Shown: positions 12,900 through 25,413, counted from the first letter of the stretch. The stretch is DNA of 64,000 nucleotides from Octopus sinensis (GCF_006345805.1 NC_043020.1:8556001-8620000); one strand, 5' to 3'. The notes: generated by a model not told the origin, from the sequence alone. Numbers and translations: made by a program.

Positions 12900-13002
12900 C
12901 ATTTGGAATCGTGATAAGACTCTTAAAGACAGACTTCAAAGCAGTAAAATTGGCTCCATTTTCTTCTGCAAATGTTTCCAGTTGTGTGAAGAGCTGGGAG
13001 GA
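12900..13002 (-). CDS. COMMD7: COMMD7 exon 3 (SSQLFTQLETFAEENGANFTALKSVFKSLITIPN)
   Basis: tttttgcttag acceptor, G|gtgagt donor, 103 nt, phase 0 to 1; aligns with the recalled human segment FLAQLSEFATTNQISLGSLRSIVKSLLLVPN. Confidence 0.93.
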
Positions 13003-14228
13003 CTAAGCAAAAAACACAGAGAATGATGTCAACAACAACAACAAATAATAATAATAATAATAATAATAATCTTTTCTACTATAGGCACAAGGCCTGGAAT
13101 TTTGGGTGGGGATAAGTTGATTAGATCAACCCCAATACTCAACTGGTACTTGATTTATTAAGCATTCATCATCATCATTTAACATCCCTTTTCCATGCTG
13201 GCATGGGCTGGACAGTTTGAGATGGAGCTGTCTAGACTCCAATTGCATATTGTGGCATGGTTTCTACAACTCAATGCCCTTCCTAATGCCAACCATTTAA
13301 CAGAGTGTGCCAGATGCTTTTTATGTGCCACCGGTAGATCGAGAACATAAAACCAGAAGAAACACAGCAGAGCGTTTTGTCCAATACAGTAATAATATTT
13401 CCCATTGGCTGGACATGTTTTCATGGAAGATTGGAAACAACACTGCTTGTATGCTGGTGACACTTGTTTACAACTATCATACAATATCAAGAGAAGACAC
13501 ACACAAACGCACATGCCCGTGCACACACAGAGGATGAGGTTCATTCCAAAACCATTTATAAAGCTTCAGTTAGTTCAGGGTTGTAGTAGAGGACACTTGT
13601 CCAAGGTGCCATGCTGTGGGATTGAACTTGAAACCACATGGTTGGGAAGTGAGCTCCTGGAACCACCTAGCCACACTTGTCCATATAATAATAATATATA
13701 ATACTAAGCACCTCAGTGGCACATAAAAAGCACCATTCAAGCATGGTCGGTGCCAGTACTGCCTGACTGGCCTCCATGCTGGTGGAACGTAAAAAGCACC
13801 CACTACACTCTCAGAGTGGTTGGCATTAGGAAGGGCATCCAGCTGTAGAAACTTTGCTAGATCAGATTGGAGCCTGGTACAGCCTTCTGGTTTGCCAGTC
13901 CTCAGTCAAACCGTCCAAGCCATTCCAGTATGGAAAGTGGATGTTAAACGACGATGATGATGGAAAAATAATTAGGGTGTGAAATCTATCCCATTTAAGG
14001 TCCACTAGGAAAAAATGTAGATGGGCAATTTTATGTCTAGGAAACCAGAAAGGAAAAAGAATAGAGAGGTGGGAGATCTATCTTGTCTAAGGTCCAGTAA
14101 GAAGGAAATAGGGGAAGTTTAATATGCTAGGGTCTATTAGGTAAAAAATAGAATCTGGGGGGCCCTGATGAAAGATGGCTCTACTTTGATAGGCTTGGTG
14201 AAAAATTAAACAAGAGGTAAGAACTGGC

Positions 14229-14833
14229 GGATCTTTTCCTTTTGAACGGCAGTTTGTAACAATTTCTAGGTAACTAAAAAGTTTTAAACTTTGTATACTG
14301 GTAGAATGTGTTTATAAAACATCATTTTCTCTTGGTTTTATTGAGAAAATTCTGTAGTTTGTAAGATATTTCGTCTGAAATTTCGAGCATTTCAGCAATT
14401 TTAACCAATCGATTACCTCCATTGAGCTAAAATCATTTGCTGCATCTAAAACTGAGACAACATCCTGTAACTAACCCTAAACCTAAATTTTGTTTTTCTT
14501 AATTGTTAAATTTATTTAATTGTTACGCATGTAAAAAAAAAACGTAACAATTAAATTGATTTAACAATTAAGAAAAAAAAAATTTAGGGTTAGGTTTAGG
14601 GTTAGTTACAGGATGTTGTCTCAGTTTTAGACGCAGCAAATGATTTTAGCTCAATTAGAGGCGATTCATTGGTTAAAATTCGAAAAATTAAACTACGTTA
14701 AACTTACAAATTACAATTTTCTCAAGAAAGCCAAGAGAAAAAAATGTTTTATTTTGACACATTCTACCAGTATACGAAGTTTTAAAGTGTTTAGTTAACT
14801 AGAAATTGTCTGCCGTTCAAAAGGAAAAGATCC
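14229..14833. mobile_element. MITE family F, fully fold-back variant
   Basis: TIR GGATCTTTTCCTTTTGAACGGCAG; the two ~300-bp halves are reverse complements; degenerate 8-bp TSD gaactggc/gaaccgac. Confidence 0.9.
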
Positions 14834-14885
14834 GAACCGACTTACAGCCCAGTGAGGAAGCTGGAAATTTATAGGGTGAGCTTAC

Positions 14886-14939
14886 CTTATTAGGGTCCAG
14901 AAGAAAGGCGAACATCATTTGAACTAACTGTGAAAATTG
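14886..14939 (-). CDS. COMMD7: COMMD7 exon 2 (QFSQLVQMMFAFLLDPNK)
   Basis: ttttctttattttacag acceptor, AAG|gtaagc donor, 54 nt; matches human QFSALTEVLFHFLTEPKE as recalled. Confidence 0.93.
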
Positions 14940-15146
14940 CTGTAAAATAAAGAAAATATTAAAACCAACAGAAAATTAACAAGAAAAATATTTTGGAGGT
15001 GGGTGAGTTAACAGCAGGAGAAAAAGTAATGGTTTCTTGCCCTTTTTTAGGCAGGATTTTAAAGATTAAGGAAAAAAAGGGTAAAAATTAACATGACTCA
15101 TGGGTTGTTCTCAGAGCAGAGACCAGATTTAAAAGCTTGTGATAGG

Positions 15147-15216
15147 CCGACCAAAGCCTTGTGAGTGGATTTGGTAGACGGAAACTGAAAGAAGCCCGTC
15201 GTATATATGTATATAT

Positions 15217-15267
<51 letters not shown>

Positions 15268-15470
15268 TTGTGTATCTGTGTTTGTCCTCCTAGTATTGCT
15301 TGACAACCGATGCTGGTGTGTTTATGTCCCCGTCACTTAGCGGTTCGGCAAAAGAGACCGATAGAATAAGTACAGGGCTTACAAAGAATAAGTCCCGGGT
15401 CGAGCTGCTCGATTAAAGGTGGTGCTCCAGCATGGCCGCAGTCAAATGACTGAAACAAGTAAAAGAGTAA
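15147..15470 (+). mobile_element. SINE family A, 5'-truncated
   Basis: Body and tail match. Confidence 0.88.
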
Positions 15471-15568
15471 TAGAATCGGTTCTACTCAAGGTACTCACAG
15501 GGTGAATGGTGATGGAGGCGTTAGCTGGGGTGGTAGTGTTGACACAAGTAACAGATTAAGTGTGTGTA

Positions 15569-15599
<31 letters not shown>

Positions 15600-16982
15600 A
15601 GGGTAGGCAGAAAACCAAACCAATATTTATGTTTCTGGGTCAAGCACTAAGTTCAATATTGCTTCAATCTTTTATCTTTGACTTGAATAATTTCATTTGA
15701 CCGCGACCATGCTGGTGTACCACTTTGAAGGGTTTTAGTTGAACAAACTGACCCCCCTCCATACACACACACACACACCACCATATTTTTTTTTTTAAGT
15801 CTGGTACTTATTCTAATAGCTTCTGTTACTGAACTGTTAAGTTACAGGGGACATAAACAAACCAACACTGGTCGTCAAGTGGCAGTATGGGGGAAAAGCA
15901 CACACATATATTCACATATATATAAAGCCTTGTAACATGTGATTGATGATTGATGATAGATATGAAGAATGGAGATAGATAGGTAGATAATCAGAGAAAG
16001 AGAGAAAGAGAGAGAGAGAAGCAGTTTAATTAGCGTACACATAACGTTCTACGTAAATTCATTTATTTCTGATAACCTCAATTATGTGATTTATTGGAAC
16101 AACCAAATAAACACAGATAATGATTAAAAGGAAAGGAAAAGAAATACATAGAACAAGTGAGAGAGTCTTCAACAATTACATATAGACGTGTTTGTGCGTG
16201 TATAGGGGCGGTATTCAGGTATTAAGTCGATTACATCGACCCCAGTGCGTAACTGGTACTTAATTTATTCGGGGTCGATAAATTAAGTACCAGTTACGCA
16301 CTGGGGTCGATGTAATCGACTTAATACCTATGTCTGTCCTTGTTTGTCCCCTCTATGTTTGGCCCCTTGTGGGTAATAAAGAAATAGGTATTCATAACCG
16401 AGGCTGTATGTTAATATTGTAGCAGTTTTAAGGCGGCGGGCTGGCAGAAACGTTAAAACGCTGGGCGAAATGGTTAGCGTTATTTCGTCTGTCGTTACGT
16501 TCCGAGTTAAAATTCCACCGAGGTCGACAAATTAAGTACCAGTTGCGTACTGGTGTCGATCTAATCGACTGCCCCCACCCCACCTCCTCTCCCCCAAAAT
16601 TTCGGGCTTTGTGCCTAGAACAGAAAAGACTATTGTAGTAATTATTCGTTTCCGTTATGACACAGAAAAAAGGTCAAGGCGAGGTTAATTTCTAATTTCC
16701 CTCCACGAAACCTCAAACCACGGCGCACGTGAATCCGTATATTATTTCTTCTTTAACAAAGCTTTGTTCCTCCATTTAGATAATTTGGAAGTGGGCGTTT
16801 CACAGACGAACCGATGATACCTTTGTAGCGGCAACAGACAACACACTACATATATATATATATATATAATATATATATATATGCAATAAAGGGTGGAATA
16901 TAATTAATTAATAAAATTAATCAATTTCACCTAGTAGATTATCGGTATGGAAAAGACCATATTTGGTAAGGGTTATAATAAT

Positions 16983-17161
16983 TATAATTAAGGGTTAATT
17001 GCAACAAGTTGCTCAAAACCACATACCGAAAATATTAGAAATAGCAGCCAAAATTGATCACTATTTCCTCTACTAATATAAAGAGGAAATAGTGATCAAT
17101 TTTGGCTGCTATTTCTAATATTTTCGGTATGTGGTTTTGAGCAACTTGTTGCAATTAACCC

Positions 17162-17170
<9 letters not shown>
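16983..17170. repeat. Perfect inverted repeat, 89-bp arms and 10-nt loop, in a (TA)n-flanked module (about 16883-17170) in COMMD7 intron 1
   Basis: Arms read as exact reverse complements. Confidence 0.95.
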
Positions 17171-17197
<27 letters not shown>

Positions 17198-17990
17198 AGA
17201 GATTTGAAGCTAATCTTCACTCTGTCGGTACTTCGATTTCCTTGTTATTTCATCAAGGGTAGAAAATTTGTCATGTTTGGAGATGTAGGTTCGAATCGCA
17301 TGGATAGCTTTCATCTTTTTCCATCCAAGAAATTCTTTTTATAATTTTTATCTATTTGAGTTCTAATTCATTAAAAACGATTTATTTCATGTCACTCGAA
17401 GTGTCTGAATTCTTATAACGTAAACAAACAACACACACACACACGTATTCCCTAAGGTCAAAGGTATGCGTGTAATGTATACAGAAGCGATACCTGTCTG
17501 ATAAACCAAGCATAAATCGGCGGAAAAATTCCCAGGCAAATATCAATAGAGTTACATTCACTTTACTTTGATAGCCTCAAAAATCGCTTCCTTCATGAAA
17601 AATGATTTTTAAAATAAGTTTATAAACCGATCTTAAATTTTAGAGAAAACGGTAAGAATGACAAAAAAACCCCCATCTCATCTAAATTAGTTAATTTTAC
17701 TTTTAAAGAATGTATTCATGCGATAAAATATTTCATAAGTTTTAATTCGAAGGAAGCGAACATTTCTTAATTTATTGAGCAGCAACAAGTTAGATAACTC
17801 TAGGGGCGCATTAAGAGACAGGTGTCTGCTCATTTCACGGTACAGGTAACAACATCGATCCTCTGAAATCTTTAGTTCCAAAGCTTTTCCGGATTACCGA
17901 TTTTTCTGAACCAGGGATGGTCACTTTGGTCAACATATCCTGAATTCAACAAATATTTAAATTTACTTAAATAATTAAATGAAATACAAG

Positions 17991-18360
17991 AGGCGCAGGA
18001 GTGGCTGTGTGGTAAGTAGCTTGCTTACCAACCACACGGTGGCGTCTTGGGCCGACCAATGCCTTGTGAGCGCATTTGGTAGACGGAAACTGAAAGAAGC
18101 CTGTCGTGTATATATATGTATGTGTGTGTATATGTTTGTGTGTCTGTGTTTGTCCCCCCCACCATCGCTTGACAACCGATGCTGGTGTGTTTACGTCCCC
18201 GTCACTTAGCGGTTCGGCAAAAAGAGACCGATAGAATAAGTACTGGGCTTACAAAGAATAAGTCCCGGGGTCGATTTGCTCGACTAAAGGCGGTGCTCCA
18301 GCATGGCCACAGTCAAATGACTGAAATAAGTAAAAGAGTAAAGAGAGAGAGAGAGAGAGA
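17991..18360 (+). mobile_element. SINE family A
   Basis: aggcgcaggagtggctgtgtgg head, internal deletion, tail. Confidence 0.88.
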
Positions 18361-19589
18361 GAGTAGATTAGTGCGGATTATAAAAAGACCCGGGCTATCT
18401 GTGCCCAGAAAATCGATGTTGTATATGTAATAGGTTTTGGAAAATCGATACCATAAGCATTTTTTCAACACCCAGTATTGCCAGCAATGAAGCACTCAAC
18501 AGTTATACTGTGCCACTGCCGTTTACTGTGATGGAATGTTCAATCCCATATTGTTATCTATTTCGGAATCTTTCCTCATTTTGTCCAAGGTGCTACCGCA
18601 ACGTGAAATCTAACCTGGTCTCTCTTAACCGGGTAACCAGACGGGTAACTTGATGCTTATAAACAGACATGTTTACACCGAGCAAGGCAGGATTATTGCG
18701 AATGAAAATATAATTGAATGTTGACCAGTATAATTAATTACTTTTGAACTGCTAAAATTTAAAATAACTTTTGTAACTAAAATGTACAAAAATTTTAATT
18801 ACAAATCGAAAGAATGACAACAGCAGTTTTTTGATTCGTGATCACAAATTGAAAATATTGGCACTATCTAGACGAGTCAAATAAAACACCCACCTTTTTG
18901 AATTCCTGTTTTCAACAACAATCTTACCACCCACCTTTAAAAGTTTCTCAGATTTCGCCCCCTTCCCCAACATCCCTAAATTTAAAAACTTTTTCCAGGA
19001 AATTTTGAAGCCTCCTGCATTAATATATCGTCTACTTTTTATTCGTCTCCATCAATGCACCGCGACCATGTTGGAGCAACACTTCGTAGAGTTTAGTCGA
19101 ACAAATCAACCCCAGAACTTTTTTCAAAGTCCGCAACTTATTCTATCGGTTTCTTAGGCTGCACTGCTAAGTTACGGGGACGTAAATAAACCAACACCAG
19201 TCATCAAGCAGTGGTAGTGGGCAAACACATACATAGATATATATATACAATAGCCTTCTTTCAGTTTCCGTCTACGAAATCCACTCAGAAGGCTTTTGTC
19301 GGTCCGGGACTTTAGTAGAAGACACTTATTTAAGGGGCCACGCAGTGAGACTGAACCCGGAACCTTGTGGCTGGGAAGCAAACTTCTTCTTGCCAAAAAG
19401 TCATGCTGATGCCGATATTTTTCACTAATTCGATTTCCCTACGCCCACATAAGAAAAAAAAATTCAAATTTGATTGCTAACGATAATTTTCCACTTTCAA
19501 TTTTTGATCACAAACCGATAGAATGTCGACAAAACACAATGCCTGCAAATGCGATTCCATCACCGAGGTGAGTGGTATTAAAGTGGATA

Positions 19590-20010
19590 GGCGGCGAGCT
19601 GGCAGAATCGTTAGCACGCCGGGCGAAATGCGTAGCCGTATTTCGTCTGCCGCTACGTTCTGAGTTCAAATTCCGCCGAGGTCGACTTTGCCTTTCATCC
19701 TTTCGGGGTCGATAAATTAAGTACCAGTTATGTACTGGAGTCGATGTAATCGACTTAATACCTATGCCTGTCCTTGTTTGTCCCCTCTGTGTTTAGCCCC
19801 TTGTGTGCAGTAAAGAAATAGGTATTTCGTCTGTCGCTACGTTGTGAGTTCAAATTCCGCCGAGGTCGACTTTGCCTTTCATCCTTTCGGGGGTCGATAA
19901 ATTAAGTACCAGTTACGCACTGGAGTCGATATAATCGACTTAATCCGTTTGCCTGTCCTTGTTTGTCCCCTCTGTGTTTAGCCCCTTGTGTGCAGTAAAG
20001 AAATAGGTAT
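19590..20010 (+). mobile_element. SINE family C (Nin-domain-like) head plus two tandem body units
   Basis: ggcggcgagctggcagaa head; gcctttcatcctttcggggtcgataaattaagtacc core. Confidence 0.88.
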
Positions 20011-20165
20011 CAAAGTGGATATTCTATCAACACAGCCAGAAGCACTTCAAGGCAAAACACGCCCATTCTACACCGACTTTCAATAGAAAACAATTAAATA
20101 ACCAAGAATAAAATATATTTTTTTCTTTCAGACACAAGATTAAGGCTTCAAGCAGGCAAACTCAC

Positions 20166-20261
20166 CTCATTTTCAAATTTATCCAGTGTCAGCATATCGC
20201 TTTTAATAGCCGCAAGGTTTGCCTCGGTCCTTTCGCTTCCATAGTGAATGGTGGCTGCCAT
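20166..20261 (-). CDS. COMMD7: COMM domain-containing protein 7, coding exon 1 (MAATIHYGSERTEANLAAIKSDMLTLDKFENE)
   Basis: ATG in caagATGGCA context, 32 open codons, donor GAG|gtgagt, phase 0; joins in frame to the exon at 14939 and resembles the COMMD7 N-terminus (DM..L..L). Confidence 0.85.
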
Positions 20262-20291
20262 CTTGCTTCTGCTACCGATAGATCACGTGAC
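20257..20291 (-). promoter_or_regulatory. COMMD7 proximal promoter motifs: YY1-like AAGATGGC over the start codon and palindromic E-box TCACGTGA(C)
   Basis: AAGATGGC on the minus strand at 20257-20264; TCACGTGAC at 20283-20291, about 22 nt upstream of the ATG. Motif match only. Confidence 0.5.
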
Positions 20292-20439
20292 ACAATTCTT
20301 GAACGACTACACTCACAGTAGTCTCCCCTGACATTTACACACTTTTTTTCTTCTTTTTCCTTTCTCTCTCGAAGAAGTTGTCTCTATGTGGTCGTTTCAT
20401 TTGCCAGAAATAGAAGCTAAATTCTTTCGAATTATACCT

Positions 20440-20865
20440 ATTTCTGTACTACCCACAAGGGGCTAAACGCAGAGAGGACAAACATGAACAGACAAACGGA
20501 TTAAGTCGATTATATCGACCCAGTATGTAACTGGTACTTATTTATCGACCCCCGAAAGGATGAAAGGCAAAGTCGACCTCGGCGGAATTTGAACCCAGAA
20601 CGTAGCGGCAGACGAAATACCTATTTCTTTACTACTCACAAGGGGCTAAACACAGAGACGACAAACAAGGACAGATAAACGGATTAAGTCGATTATATCG
20701 ACCCCAGTACGTAGCTGGTACTTATTTAATCGACCCCCGAAAGGATGAAAGGCAAAGTCGACCTCGGCGGAATTTGAACCCAGAATGTGAAGACAGACGA
20801 AATACCGCTAAGCATTCCGTCCGGCGTGCTAACGATTCTGCCAGCTCTCCACCTTATTATCTTTC
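20440..20865 (-). mobile_element. SINE family C head plus two tandem body units, upstream of COMMD7
   Basis: Reverse complement of the 19590 array. Confidence 0.88.
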
Positions 20866-20957
20866 TATTTCACCGAAAAAAGAAAGACAAAGATTTGTAG
20901 CACATTTATAATTAAATTCTGTAAAAGAATCGTTTTAGTAATTGGCATAAAAAACTA

Positions 20958-21425
20958 TACTCTTTTACTTGTTTCAGTCATTTGACTGCGGCCATGCTGG
21001 AGCACCGCCTTTAGTCAATCAAATCGACCCCAAGACTTATTCTTTGTAAGCCCAGTACTTATTCTATCGGTCACTTTTACCGAACCGCTAAGTTACGGGG
21101 ACGTAAACACACCAGCATCGGTTGTCAAGCGGTGTTGGTCGGACAAACGCAGACACACAAACATACACACACACACACACACACACACACCACACACACA
21201 ATATATATATATATATATAATATATATATATATTATATATATATTATATATAACATATATACGACGGGCTTCTTTCAGTTTCCGTCTACCAAATCCACTC
21301 ACAAGGCATTGGTCGGCCCGAGGCTATAGTAGAAGACACTTGCCCAAGGTGCCACGCAGTGGGACTGAACCCGGAACCATGTGGTTGGTTAGCAAGCTAC
21401 TTACCACACAGCCACTCCTGCGCCT
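20958..21425 (-). mobile_element. SINE family A
   Basis: Full-length copy. Confidence 0.9.
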
Positions 21426-21899
21426 ATATACATTTAAATTTTAAGATATTTCAGCCGTTGGATTACGACCATGCTGGAGCACCACCTTATTTTCAAAACT
21501 TGGTACTTATTGTATTGGTCTCTTTCGCCAAATGGCTAATTAGTGGGACACAAACAAACTAACACCGGGTGTCAAGTGGGGTGGTAGTGGCTCAAAACAA
21601 AGATACACACACGTACACATGAGGGCTTCTTTCAGTTTTCGTCAACCAAATCCACTCACAAGGCTTTGGTCGGCTTGGGGTTATAGCAGAAGACACTTGT
21701 TCAAGGTACAGAGGGACTGAACCTGGAACCATTTGTTTTAGGAAGCAAGCTTCTTAACCATACAGCCACGAAAAAATAATTTTCGTAAATTGATATCAAA
21801 AGCTACATCAGGTGTGGTGGTGCGGTAGGAAGCTTGCTTCCCAACCACATTGTTCCAGGTTCAGTCCCACTACGGGGCACCTTCGGCAAGTGTTTTTTT

Positions 21900-22869
21900 T
21901 ATTTCTTTATAGCCCACAAGGGGCTAAAACATAGAGGTGACAATCAAGGACAGACAAAGGTATTAAGTCAATTACATCGACCCCAGTGCGTAACTGGTAC
22001 TTATTTAATTGACCCTGAAAGGATGAAAGGCAAAGTTGACCTCGGCAGAATTTGAACTCAGAACGTAGCGGCAGACGAAATACCTATTTCTTTACTACCC
22101 ACAAGGGGCTAAACACAGAGGAGACAAACAAGGACAGACAAACGGATTAAGTCGATTACATCGATCCCAGTGCGTAACTGGTATTTATTTAATCGACCCC
22201 GAAAGGATGAAAGGCAAAGTTGACCTTGGCACAATTTGAACTCAGAACGTAGCGGCAGACGAAATACCTATTTCTTTACTACCCACAAGGGGCTAAACAC
22301 AGAGGAGACAAACAAGGACAGACAAACGGATTAAGTCGATTACATCGATCCCAGTGCGTAACTGGTATTTATTTAATCGACCCCGAAAGGATGAAAGGCA
22401 AAATCGACCTTGGCACAATTTGAACTCAGAACGTAGCGGCAGACGAAATACCTATTTCTTTACTACCCACAAGGGGCTAAACACAGAGGAGACAAACAAG
22501 GACAGACAAACGGATTAAGTCGATTACATCGATCCCAGTGCGTAACTGGTATTTATTTAATCGACCCCGAAAGGATGAAAGGCAAAGTCGACCTTGGCAC
22601 AATTTGAACTCAGAACGTAGCGGCAGACGAAATACCTATTTCTTTACTACCCACAAGGGGCTAAACACAGAGGAGACAAACAAGGACAGACAACCGGATT
22701 AAGTCGATTATATCAACCCCAGTGCGTAACTGGTATTTATTTAATCGACCCCGAAAGGATGAAAGGCAAAATCGACCTTGGCAGAATTTGAACTCAGGAC
22801 GTAACGGCAGACGAAATACCGCTAAGCATCTCGCCCGGCGTGCTAACGTTTCTGCCAGCTCACCGCCTT
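21900..22869 (-). repeat. SINE family C array: one head plus five ~184-bp units, nested in a SINE A
   Basis: cccacaagggg recurs at about 21913, 22098, 22282, 22466 and 22650. Confidence 0.93.
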
Positions 22870-23374
22870 AGGCAAGGGTCTTCTACTATAGCCTTGCGTC
22901 GTCCAAAACCTCGTGAGTGGATTTCGTAGAGGGAAACTGAAAGAAGCCAGTCGTATATGTAAATATTGATGCGTTTGTGTGTCTGTGTTTGTCCCTCCCC
23001 ATCATCACTTGACAACCGATGTTGGTGTGTTTACGTCCCTGTAACTTAGCGGTTCGGTGAAATACTGATAGAATAAGTACTAGGCTTACAAAGAATAAGT
23101 CCTGGGGTTGACTTTGGTTTTCTTTTAAAGTCTGGTACTTATTACGCCGACCACTTTGGCGAAACATTTAGTTACGGGGATGTAACCAAACCAAAACCGG
23201 TTGTCAGACGGTGGCGAGGGACATGCGCACACACAACAGACGACAAGCTCCTCTCAGTTTCTATAGTAGAAGACACTTTCTCAAGGTGCCACGCAGTGGG
23301 ATTGAACCTGGAACCATGCAGTTGGGAAGCAAACCTCTTACCACACAGCCACACTTGCACCACTGTATATCAAA

Positions 23375-23610
23375 CCGGAAAGATTCCATTAGCACACATT
23401 AGCCAACGATCTACAGGATTGCATGGTGGTCATGGCTGGAACGCATTTTATCATCGGTCTGTCCGATCATGCTTAAGTTATAGTTCTCTGAGTAATCAGC
23501 AGCGCTCACAACTTTGGTCAGTGCCACGAAGATTACTGGTATCTAGTCTGTAGGCCATTCGCCCGTCTCCCAGACATTGTTATGTAACTTGGTGAGATCC
23601 TTCGTAATTA
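23375..23610 (-). mobile_element. RTE-clade LINE reverse-transcriptase N-terminal remnant
   Basis: Minus frame LTKLHNNVWETGEWPTD*IPVIFVALTK resembles the RTE motif IWETGEWPxDW...IALPK. Confidence 0.65.
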
Positions 23611-24304
23611 TACAGGACAAGTATGGCTCGGTGGTCAAGAAGCTCAGTTTGTAAATGCCTGGTTGGTGTTCAACCCTAGAACGAGACACCTTACCTTAGG
23701 CACGTGTCTTTTGCTATCGGCCCGGGCCGGCCAATGATTAAAGGAAAAGCCATACTGTCCTAAAAGATGGGTGCCATCTTCAAACCACGTATCTTTCCTC
23801 ACTGGCTCAGGGCCCTTGCATCTTTTGCGGAACCATCACCACATCATGCATCCATCACAACTTTCTTTTTGGGGCGTTCATATGATGTTTTTTTGTTTTA
23901 GTATAATTTTCTTTTAGGGATAACACCCTTCTCTTGCAAATAAGAAACCGCACCCTCCTCTGCTTTTAGTGTGGCCATCATAGGTGGAAGGTTACACAAG
24001 CTAGTTGCTATAAAAAAAGTAGATAAACATAACGTAGACCTCGTAAACTATTCGACGGACGTGTACAAGCGATGTAAAATATCCAAATGGATGAGTAGAA
24101 ACAAAGAGATGGGCACACGCAGCAGAACACAACGTAAATGCACGTGGTTTCGTGTATAATATGTGTTTTCTCGCTGCTTTGCTTGTTTCTATGCCAACAG
24201 ATATGAAGTCTATGACAAACGATTGGCTAAATTTCTGATATAATCGTAATTAACACGCTCTGAAAGGTATTGGTAGAAAATTTCATTAAAAAATACCAAT
24301 CTCT

Positions 24305-24339
<35 letters not shown>

Positions 24340-25073
24340 TTCTGTCTGTCTGTCTCTCTCTCTCTCCCTCCCAATATAACTGCTGTCCCTGTCAATCTCT
24401 CTCTCTCTCTTCCTTTCTTTAACTTTTCCACCAGAACATCACCCTCTGTTAAATATTGTATCCTGAACATATCACTTTCTCTTTACTTTTCTCTTCAGCT
24501 ACCCTTTTAACCACCTATTATCAATTCCTTTCCCACCCTACCGCACGTTGTTCTCCCTCTTTTTTCTCTCACCCACTTTCTCTCTCCCACTTTTCTCTCA
24601 TCGTCTTTTTCTCTCGCTTTTTGCCTCTCTCTTCGTCTAACCACGTGACGCATTTAACCTTAGTGTAAATATAATATATATCTTTCTCTACTTCTTCTTC
24701 TTCCCTTCTTCCTTCTTTATTCTTTCTCTCACTCCTCTCTCCTCTTTTCTCTCTTACCCTTACTCCACTTCTCATTCACTCCACCTCCGCCTTTCTAACT
24801 AAAATATAACGGACGAACGAACAAGCAGAATTATGTATAGACACTGGAGTCAATTTGTTCACGGAAATGCTTCGAGGCAGTGCCCCAGCATGGCCACAGT
24901 CTAATGACTGAAATAAACAAATGAGCAGACATCACAACAAGGGAAAGAATTTTAGCAAGCAAATATGCAAATTACTTCCCTTATATTAACATTAATTATG
25001 GTACTAAAGATACTAAATGCTCGAGCTTGTTAATTTTGAAATATCTGTAGAGGGCATATTAGAAATGGCGTGG

Positions 25074-25413
25074 AGGCGCAATGGCCCAGTTGTTAGGGCA
25101 GCGGACTCGCGGTCATAGGATCGCGGTTTCGATTGAGCGAAAACACCTAAAGCTCCACGAGGCTCCGGCAGGGATGTTGGTGATCCCTGCTGTACTCTTT
25201 CACCACAACTTTCTCTCACTCTTACTTCCTGTTTCTGTTGTACCTGTATTTCAAAGGGCCGGCCTTGTCACTCTCTGTGTCACGCTGAATATCCCCGAGG
25301 GTACACGTGTCTGTGGAGTGCTCAGCCACTTACACGTTAATTTCACGAGCAGGCTGTTCCGTTGATTCGGATCAACCAGAACCCTCGTCGTCGTAACCGA
25401 CGGAGTGCTTCCA
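25074..25413 (+). mobile_element. SINE family B1
   Basis: Near-identical to 11364 with internal deletions. Confidence 0.88.

Noticed and set aside
14584-14605. Telomere-like TTAGGG repeats
   Set aside because: Only 2-3 degenerate units, internal to MITE family F (also near 61570 and 63810).
21900-22869. Regularly spaced repeats resembling a CRISPR array
   Set aside because: Units are ~184-bp near-identical SINE bodies with no unique spacers, no cas genes are present, and the context is eukaryotic.
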